Shown here piece by piece: positions 50,501-62,300 of a stretch of 64,000 bases of DNA. Numbering within the stretch: the stretch's first letter is position 1; each line of letters begins with the position of its first letter. This DNA is from Eledone cirrhosa (taxonomy: Eukaryota). The notes below the pieces were generated by a model. The model was not told where the DNA came from and did no database searches. It worked only from the letters and a program-made list of their open reading frames with translations. A program made the position numbers and the translations under genes. The stretch is taken from NCBI GenBank assembly GCA_964016885.1, contig OZ024759.1:2046001-2110000 (forward strand), in the 5' to 3' direction.

Positions 50501-51420
50501 CAGTCTATATTAGTAACATGACAGTCTACATTAGTAACATGACACAGTCCATATTAGTAACATGACAAAGTCGATATTAGTAACATGACAATGTCTATAT
50601 TAGTAACATGACAAAGTCTATATTAGTAACATGACAGTCTATATTACTAACATGACACAGTCTATATTAGTAACATGACACAGTCTATATTAGTAACATG
50701 ACAAAGTCTATATTAGTAACATGACAAAGTCTATATTAGTAACATGACAAAGTCTATATTAGTAACATGACACAGTCTATATTAGTAACATGACACAGTC
50801 TATATTAGTAGCATGACACAGTCCATATTAGTAACATGATACAGTCTATATTAGTAACATGACAAAGTCTATATTAGTAACATGACAAAGTCTATATTAG
50901 TAACATGACAAAGTCTATATTAGTAACATGACACAGTCTATATTAGTAACATGACACAATCTATATTAGTAACATGACAAAGTCTATATTAGTAACATGA
51001 CAAAGTCTATATTAGTAACATGACAAAGTCTATATTAGTAACATGACACAGTCTATACTAGTAACATGACACAGTCTATATTAGTAACATGACAAAGTCT
51101 ATATTAGTAACATGACAAAGTCTATATTAGTAACATGACACAGTCTATATTAGTAACATGACACAGTCTATATTAGTAACATGACAAAGTCTATATTAGT
51201 TACATGACAAAGTCTATATTAGTAACATGACAAAGTCTATATTAGTAACATGACACAGTCTATATTAGTAACATGACGAAGTCTATATTAGTAACATGAC
51301 ACAGTCTATATTAGTAACATGACACAGTCTATATTAGTAACATGAAAAAGTCTATATTAGTAACATGACACAGTCTATATTAGTAACATGACAAAGTCTA
51401 CATTAGTAACATGACAAAGT
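47420..51420. repeat. Duplicated block at +2317 bp (101 units)
   Basis: The gtcCat unit after the paired 21-bp units is at 48233/50550, with the same flanking variant order (aaTgtc, ctGtat twice, gtcGat, aCtaac, tataCtag). 101x23-6=2317. Confidence 0.75.
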
Positions 51421-54400
51421 CTATATTTGTAACATGACAAGGTCTGTATTTGTAACATGACACAGTCTATATTAGTAGCATGACACAGTCTATATTAGTA
51501 ACATGATACAGTCTATATTAGTAACATGACAAAGTCTATATTAGTAGCATGACACAGTCTATATTAGTAACATGATACAGTCTATATTAGTAACATGACA
51601 AAGTCTATATTAGTAACATGACAAAGTCTATATTAGTAAAATGACAAAGTCTATATTAGTAACATGACAAAGTCTTTATTAGTAACATGACACAGTCTAT
51701 ATTAGTAACATAACACAGTCTATATTAGTAACATGACAAAGTCTATATTAGTAACATGACAAAGTCTATATTAGTAACATGACAAAGTCTATATTAGTAA
51801 AATGACAAAGTCTATATTAGTAACATGACAAAGTCTTTATTAGTAACATGACACAGTCTATATTAGTAACATGACACAGTCTATATTAGTAACATGACAA
51901 AGTCTATATTAGTTACATGACACAGTCTATATTAGTAACATGACACAGTCTATATTAGTAACATGACACAGTCTATATTAGTAACATGACAAAGTCTATA
52001 TTAGTAACATGACAATGTCTATATTAGTAGCATGACAAAGTCTGTATTAGTAACATGACAAAGTCTATATTAGTAACATGACAAAGTCTGTATTAGTAAC
52101 ATGACAAAGTCTATATTAGAAACATGACACAGTCTATATTAGTAACATGACAAAGTCTATATTAGTAGCATGACAAAGTCTATATTAGTAACATGACAAA
52201 GTCTATATTAGTAACATGACAAAGTCTATATTAGTAACATGACAAAGTCTATATTAGTAACATGACAAAGTCTATATTAGTAACATGACAAAGTCTATAT
52301 TAGTAACATGACACAGTCCATATTAGTAACATGACAAAGTCGATATTAGTAACATGACAATGTCTATATTAGTAACATGACAAAGTCTATATTAGTAACA
52401 TGACAGTCTATATTACTAACATGACACAGTCTATATTAGTAACATGACGCAGTCTATATTAGTAACATGACAAAGTCTATATTAGTAACATGACAAAGTC
52501 TATATTAGTAACATGACAAAGTCTATATTAGTAACATGACACAGTCTATATTAGTAACATGACACAGTCTATATTAGTAGCATGACACAGTCCATATTAG
52601 TAACATGATACAGTCTATATTAGTAACATGACAAAGTCTATATTAGTAACATGACAAAGTCTATATTAGTAACATGACACAGTCTATACTAGTAACATGA
52701 CACAGTCTATATTAGTAACATGACAAAGTCTATATTAGTAACATGACAAAGTCTATATTAGTAACATGACACAGTCTATATTAGTAACATGACACAGTCT
52801 ATATTAGTAACATGACAAAGTCTATATTAGTTACATGACAAAGTCTATATTAGTAACATGACAAAGTCTATATTAGTAACATGACACAGTCTATATTAGT
52901 AACATGACGAAGTCTATATTAGTAACATGACACAGTCTATATTAGTAACATGACACAGTCTATATTAGTAACATGAAAAAGTCTATATTAGTAACATGAC
53001 ACAGTCTATATTAGTAACATGACAAAGTCTACATTAGTAACATGACAAAGTCTATATTAGTAACATGACAAGGTCTGTATTAGTAACATGACACAGTCTA
53101 TATTAGTAGCATGACACAGTCTATATTAGTAACATGATACAGTCTATATTAGTAACATGACAAAGTCTATATTAGTAGCATGACACAGTCTATATTAGTA
53201 ACATGATACAGTCTATATTAGTAACATGACAAAGTCTATATTAGTAACATGACAAAGTCTATATTAGTAAAATGACAAAGTCTATATTAGTAACATGACA
53301 AAGTCTTTATTAGTAACATGACACAGTCTATATTAGTAACATAACACAGTCTATATTAGTAACATGACAAAGTCTATATTAGTAACATGACAAAGTCTAT
53401 ATTAGTAACATGACAAAGTCTATATTAGTAAAATGACAAAGTCTATATTAGTAACATGACAAAGTCTTTATTAGTAACATGACACAGTCTATATTAGTAA
53501 CATGACACAGTCTATATTAGTAACATGACAAAGTCTATATTAGTAACATGACACAGTCTATATTAGTAACATGACACAGTCTATATTAGTAACATGACAC
53601 AGTCTATATTAGTAACATGACAAAGTCTATATTAGTAACATGACAATGTCTATATTAGTAGCATGACAAAGTCTGTATTAGTAACATGACAAAGTCTATA
53701 TTAGTAACATGACAAAGTCTGTATTAGTAACATGACAAAGTCTATATTAGAAACATGACACAGTCTATATTAGTAACATGACAAAGTCTATATTAGTAGC
53801 ATGACAAAGTCTATATTAGTAACATGACAAAGTCTATATTAGTAACATGACAAAGTCTATATTAGTAACATGACAAAGTCTATATTAGTAACATGACAAA
53901 GTCTATATTAGTAACATGACAAAGTCTATATTAGTAACATGACACAGTCTATATTAGTAACATGACAGTCTATATTAGTAACATGACAGTCTACATTAGT
54001 AACATGACACAGTCCATATTAGTAACATGACAAAGTCGATATTAGTAACATGACAATGTCTATATTAGTAACATGACAAAGTCTATATTAGTAACATGAC
54101 AGTCTATATTACTAACATGACACAGTCTATATTAGTAACATGACACAGTCTATATTAGTAACATGACAAAGTCTATATTAGTAACATGACAAAGTCTATA
54201 TTAGTAACATGACAAAGTCTATATTAGTAACATGACACAGTCTATATTAGTAACATGACACAGTCTATATTAGTAGCATGACACAGTCCATATTAGTAAC
54301 ATGATACAGTCTATATTAGTAACATGACAAAGTCTATATTAGTAACATGACAAAGTCTATATTAGTAAAATGACAAAGTCTATATTAGTAACATGACAAA

Positions 54401-56330
54401 GTCTTTATTAGTAACATGACACAGTCTATATTAGTAACATGACACAGTCTATATTAGTAACATGACAAAGTCTATATTAGTAACATGACAAAGTCTATAT
54501 TAGTAACATGACAAAGTCTATATTAGTAACATGACACAGTCTATACTAGTAACATGACACATTCTATATTAGTAACATGACAAAGTCTATATTAGTAACA
54601 TGACAAAGTCTATATTAGTAACATGACACAGTCTATATTAGTAACATGACACAGTCTATATTAGTAACATGACAAAGTCTATATTAGTTACATGACAAAG
54701 TCTATATTAGTAACATGACAAAGTCTATATTAGTAACATGACACAGTCTATATTAGTAACATGACGAAGTCTATATTAGTAACATGACACAGTCTATATT
54801 AGTAACATGACACAGTCTATATTAGTAACATGAAAAAGTCTATATTAGTAACATGACACAGTCTATATTAGTAACATGACAAAGTCTACATTAGTAACAT
54901 GACAAAGTCTATATTAGTAACATGACAAGGTCTGTATTAGTAACATGACACAGTCTATATTAGTAGCATGACACAGTCTATATTAGTAACATGATACAGT
55001 CTATATTAGTAACATGACAAAGTCTATATTAGTAGCATGACACAGTCTATATTAGTAACATGATACAGTCTATATTAGTAACATGACAAAGTCTATATTA
55101 GTAACATGACAAAGTCTATATTAGTAAAATGACAAAGTCTATATTAGTAACATGACAAAGTCTTTATTAGTAACATGACACAGTCTATATTAGTAACATA
55201 ACACAGTCTATATTAGTAACATGACAAAGTCTATATTAGTAACATGACAAAGTCTATATTAGTAACATGACAAAGTCTATATTAGTAAAATGACAAAGTC
55301 TATATTAGTAACATGACAAAGTCTTTATTAGTAACATGACACAGTCTATATTAGTAACATGACACAGTCTATATTAGTAACATGACAAAGTCTATATTAG
55401 TAACATGACACAGTCTATATTAGTAACATGACACAGTCTATATTAGTAACATGACACAGTCTATATTAGTAACATGACAAAGTCTATATTAGTAACATGA
55501 CAATGTCTATATTAGTAGCATGACAAAGTCTGTATTAGTAACATGACAAAGTCTATATTAGTAACATGACAAAGTCTGTATTAGTAACATGACAAAGTCT
55601 ATATTAGAAACATGACACAGTCTATATTAGTAACATGACAAAGTCTATATTAGTAGCATGACAAAGTCTATATTAGTAACATGACAAAGTCTATATTAGT
55701 AACATGACAAAGTCTATATTAGTAACATGACAAAGTCTATATTAGTAACATGACAAAGTCTATATTAGTAACATGACAAAGTCTATATTAGTAACATGAC
55801 ACAGTCTATATTAGTAACATGACAGTCTATATTAGTAACATGACAGTCTACATTAGTAACATGACACAGTCCATATTAGTAACATGACAAAGTCGATATT
55901 AGTAACATGACAATGTCTATATTAGTAACATGACAAAGTCTATATTAGTAACATGACAGTCTATATTACTAACATGACACAGTCTATATTAGTAACATGA
56001 CACAGTCTATATTAGTAACATGACAAAGTCTATATTAGTAACATGACAAAGTCTATATTAGTAACATGACAAAGTCTATATTAGTAACATGACACAGTCT
56101 ATATTAGTAACATGACACAGTCTATATTAGTAGCATGACACAGTCCATATTAGTAACATGATACAGTCTATATTAGTAACATGACAAAGTCTATATTAGT
56201 AACATGACAAAGTCTATATTAGTAAAATGACAAAGTCTATATTAGTAACATGACAAAGTCTTTATTAGTAACATGACACAGTCTATATTAGTAACATGAC
56301 ACAGTCTATATTAGTAACATGACAAAGTCT
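50970..56330. repeat. Triplicated ~1.6-1.9-kb block (periods 1631 and 1857 bp)
   Basis: Private variants ttagAaac at 52120/53751/55608 and catAacac at 51712/53343/55200 give identical offsets of 1631 and 1857. Confidence 0.9.
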
Positions 56331-59300
56331 ATATTAGTAACGTGACAAAGTCTATATTAGTAACATGACAAAGTCCATATTAGTAACATGACAAAGTCTA
56401 TATTAGTAACATGACACAGTCTATATTAGTAACATGACACAGTCTAGATTAGTAACATGACACAGTCTATATTAGTAACATGAGACAGTCTATATTAGTA
56501 GCATGACAAAGTCTATATTAGTAACATGACACAGTCTACATTAGTAACATGACAAAGTCTATATTAGTAACATGACACAGTCTATATTAGTAACATGAGA
56601 CAGTCTATATTAGTAACATGACACAGTCTATATTAGTAACATGACACAGTCTATATTAGTAACATGACAAAGTCTATATTAGTAACATGACAAAGTCTAT
56701 ATTAGTAACATGACAAAGTCTATATTAGTAACATGACAAAGTCTATATTAGTAGCATGACACAGTCTATGTTAGCAACATGACAAAGTCTATATTAGTAA
56801 CATGACACAGTCTATATTAGTAACATGACACAGTCTATATTAGTAACATGACACAGTCTATATTATTAACATGACAAAGTCTATATTAGTAACATGACAC
56901 AGTCTATATTAGTAACATGAGACAGTCTATATTAGTAACATGACTAAGTCTATATTAGTAACATGACACAGTCTATATTAGTAACATGACACAGTCTATA
57001 TTAGTAACATGACAAAGTCTATATTAGTTACATGACAAAGTCTATATTAGTAACATGACAAAGTCTATATTAGTAACATGACACAGTCTATATTAGTAAC
57101 ATGACGAAGTCTATATTAGTAACATGACACAGTCTATATTAGTAACATGACACAGTCTATATTAGTAACATGAAAAAGTCCATATTAGTAACATGACAAA
57201 GTATATATTAGTAACATGACAAAGTCTATATTAGTATCATGACAAAGTCTATATTAGTAGCATGACAAAGTCTATATTAGCAACATGACAAAGTCTATAT
57301 TAGTAACATGACACAGTCTATATTAGTAACATGACACAGTCTATATTAGTAACATGACACAGTCTATATTAGTAACATGACAAAGTCTACATTAGTAACA
57401 TGACAAAGTCTATATTAGTAACATGACAAGGCCTATATTAGTAACATGACACAGTCTATATTAGTAGCATGACACAGTCTATATTAGTAACATGACAAAG
57501 TCTATATTAGTAAAATGACAAAGTCTATATTAGTAACATGACAAAGTCTTTATTAGTAACATGACACAGTCTATATTAGTAACATGACACAGTCTATATT
57601 AGTAACATGACAAAGTCTATATTAGTAACATGACGAAGTCTATATTAGTAACATGACACAGTCTATATTAGTAACATGACACAGTCTATATTAGTAACAT
57701 GAAAAAGTCTATATTAGTAACATGACAAAGTCTATATTAGTAACATGACAAAGTCTATATTAGTAACATGACAAAGTCTATATTAGTAGCATGACACAGT
57801 CTATATTAGCAACATGACAAAGTCTATATTAGTAACATGACACAGTCTATATTAGTAACATGACACAGTCTATATTAGTAACATGACACAGTCTATATTA
57901 GTAACATGACAAAGTCTATATTAGTAACATGACAAAGTCTATATTAGTAACATGACAAAGTCTATATTAGTAAAATGAAAAAGTCTATATTAGTAACATG
58001 ACAAAGTCTTTATTAGTAACATGACACAGTCTATATTAGTAACATGACACAGTCTATATTAGTAACATGACAAAGTCTATATTAGTAACATGACACAGTC
58101 TATATTAGTAACATGACACAGTCTATATTAGTAACATGACACAGTCTATATTAGTAACATGACAAAGTCTATATTAGTAACATGACAATGTCTATATTAG
58201 TAGCATGACAAAGTCTGTATTAGTAACATGACAAAGTCTATATTAGTAACATGACAAAGTCTGTATTAGTAACATGACAAAGTCTATATTAGTAACATGA
58301 CACAGTCTATATTAGTAACATGACAAAGTCTATATTAGTAGCATGACAAAGTCTATATTAGTAACATGACAAAGTCTATATTAGTAACATGACAAAGTCT
58401 ATATTAGTAACATGACAAAGTCTATATTAGTAACATGACAAAGTCTATATTAGTAACATGACAAAGTCTATATTAGTAACATGACAAAGTCTATATTAGT
58501 AACATGACACAGTCTATATTAGTAGCATGACACTGTCCATATTAGTAACATGATACAGTCTATATTAGTAACATGACAAAGTCTATATTAGTAACATGAC
58601 AAAGTCTATATTAGTAAAATGACAAAGTCTATATTAGTAACATGACAAAGTCTTTATTAGTAACATGACACAGTCTATATTAGTAACATGACACAGTCTA
58701 TATTAGTAACATGACAAAGTCTATATTAGTAACATGACAAAGTCTATATTAGTAACATGACAAAGTCCATATTAGTAACATGACAAAGTCTATATTAGTA
58801 ACATGACACAGTCTATATTAGTAACATGACACAGTCTAGATTAGTAACATGACACAGTCTATATTAGTAACATGAGACAGTCTATATTAGTAGCATGACA
58901 AAGTCTATATTAGTAACATGACACAGTCTACATTAGTAACATGACAAAGTCTATATTAGTAACATGACACAGTCTATATTAGTAACATGAGACAGTCTAT
59001 ATTAGTAACATGACACAGTCTATGTTAGTAACATGACACAGTCTATATTAGTAACATGACAAAGTCTATATTAGTAACATGACAAAGTCTATATTAGTAA
59101 CATGACAAAGTCTATATTAGTAACATGACAAAGTCTATATTAGTAGCATGACACAGTCTATGTTAGCAACATGACAAAGTCTATATTAGTAACATGACAC
59201 AGTCTATATTAGTAACATGACACAGTCTATATTAGTAACATGACACAGTCTATATTATTAACATGACAAAGTCTATATTAGTAACATGACACAGTCTATA

Positions 59301-62300
59301 TTAGTAGCATGACACAGTCTATATTAGCAACATGACAAAGTCTATATTAGTAACATGACACAGTCTATATTACTAACATGACACAGTCTATATTAGTAAC
59401 ATGACACAGTCTATATTAGTAACATGACAAAGTCTACATTAGTAACATGACAAAGTCTATATTAGTAACATGACAAGGTCTATATTAGTAACATGACACA
59501 GTCTATATTAGTAGCATGACACAGTCTATATTAGTAACACGATACAGTCTATATTAGTAACATGACAAAGTCTATATTAGTAACATGACAAAGTCTATAT
59601 TAGTAAAATGACAAAGTCTATATTAGTAACATGACAAAGTCTTTATTAGTAACATGACACAGTCTATATTAGTAACATGACACAGTCTATATTAGTAACA
59701 TGACAAAGTCTATATTAGTAGCATGACAAAGTCTATATTAGTAACATGACAAAGTCTATATTAGTAACATGACACAGTCTATATTAGTAACATGACAAAG
59801 TCTATATTAGTTACATGACAAAGTCTATATTAGTAACATGACACAGTCTATATTAGTAACATGACGAAGTCTATATTAGTAACATGACACAGTCTATATT
59901 AGTAACATGACACAGTCTATATTAGTAACATGAAAAAGTCTATATTAGTAACATGACAAAGTCTATATTAGTAACATGACAAAGTCTATATTAGTAACAT
60001 GACAAAGTCTATATTAGTAGCATGACACAGTCTATATTAGTAACATGACAAAGTCTTTATTAGTAACATGACACAGTATATATTAGTAACATGACACAGT
60101 CTATATTAGTAACATGACAAAGTCTATATTAGTAACATGACAAAGTCTATATTAGTAACATGACACAGTCTATATTAGTAACATGACACAGTCTATATTA
60201 GTAACATGACAAAGTCTATATTAGTAACATGACAATGTCTATATTAGTAGCATGACAAAGTCTGTATTAGTAACATGACAAAGTCTATATTAGTAACATG
60301 ACAAAGTCTGTATTAGTAACATGACAAAGTCTATATTAGTAACATGACACAGTCTATATTAGTAACATGACAAAGTCTATATTAGTAGCATGACAAAGTC
60401 TATATTAGTAACATGACAAAGTCTATATTAGTAACATGACAAAGTCTATATTAGTAACATGACAAAGTCTATATTAGTAACATGACAAAGTCTATATTAG
60501 TAACATGACAAAGTCTATATTAGTAACATGACACAGTCTATATTAGTAACATGACAGTCTATATTAGTAACATGACAGTCTACATTAGTAACATGACACA
60601 GTCTATATTAGTAACATGACAAAGTCGATATTAGTAACATGACAATGTCTATATTAGTAACATGACAAAGTCTATATTAGTAACATGACAGTCTATATTA
60701 CTAACATGACACAGTCTATATTAGTAACATGACACAGTCTATATTAGTAACATGACAAAGTCTATATTAGTAACATGACAAAGTCTATATTAGTAACATG
60801 ACAAAGTCTATATTAGTAACATGACACAGTCTATATTAGTAACATGACACAGTCTATATTAGTAGCATGACACAGTCCATATTAGTAACATGATACAGTC
60901 TATATTAGTAACATGACAAAGTCTATATTAGTATCATGACAAAGTCTATATTAGTAAAATGACAAAGTCTATATTAGTAACATGACAAAGTCTTTATTAG
61001 TAACATGACACAGTCTATATTAGTAACATGACACAGTCTATATTAGTAACATGACAAAGTCCATATTAGTAACATGACAAAGTCTATATTAGTAACATGA
61101 CAAAGTCCATATTAGTAACATGACAAAGTCTATATTAGTAACATGACACAGTCTATATTAGTAACATGACACAGTCTAGATTAGTAACATGACACAGTCT
61201 ATATTAGTAACATGAGACAGTCTATATTAGTAGCATGACAAAGTCTATATTAGTAACATGACACAGTCTACATTAGTAACATGACAAAGTCTATATTAGT
61301 AACATGACACAGTCTATATTAGTAACATGAGACAGTCTATATTAGTAACATGACACAGTCTATATTAGTAACATGACACAGTCTATATTAGTAACATGAC
61401 AAAGTCTATATTAGTAACATGACAAAGTCTATATTAGTAACATGACAAAGTCTATATTAGTAACATGACAAAGTCTATATTAGTAGCATGACACAGTCTA
61501 TGTTAGCAACATGACAAAGTCTATATTAGTAACATGACACAGTCTATATTAGTAACATGACACAGTCTATATTAGTAACATGACACAGTCTATATTATTA
61601 ACATGACAAAGTCTATATTAGTAACATGACACAGTCTATATTAGTAACATGAGACAGTCTATATTAGTAACATGACTAAGTCTATATTAGTAACATGACA
61701 CAGTCTATATTAGTAACATGACACAGTCTATATTAGTAACATGACAAAGTCTATATTAGTTACATGACAAAGTCTATATTAGTAACATGACAAAGTCTAT
61801 ATTAGTAACATGACACAGTCTATATTAGTAACATGACGAAGTCTATATTAGTAACATGACACAGTCTATATTAGTAACATGACACAGTCTATATTAGTAA
61901 CATGAAAAAGTCTATATTAGTAACATGACAAAGTATATATTAGTAACATGACAAAGTCTATATTAGTAACATGACAAAGTCTATATTAGTAGCATGACAC
62001 AGTCTATATTAGCAACATGACAAAGTCTATATTAGTAACATGACACAGTCTATATTAGTAACATGACACAGTCTATATTAGTAACATGACACAGTCTATA
62101 TTAGTAACATGACAAAGTCTACATTAGTAACATGACAAGGTCTATATTAGTAACATGACACAGTCTATATTAGTAGCATGACACAGTCTATATTAGTAAC
62201 ATGATACAGTCTATATTAGTAACATGACAAAGTCTATATTAGTAACATGACAAAGTCTATATTAGTAAAATGACAAAGTCTATATTAGTAACATGACAAA

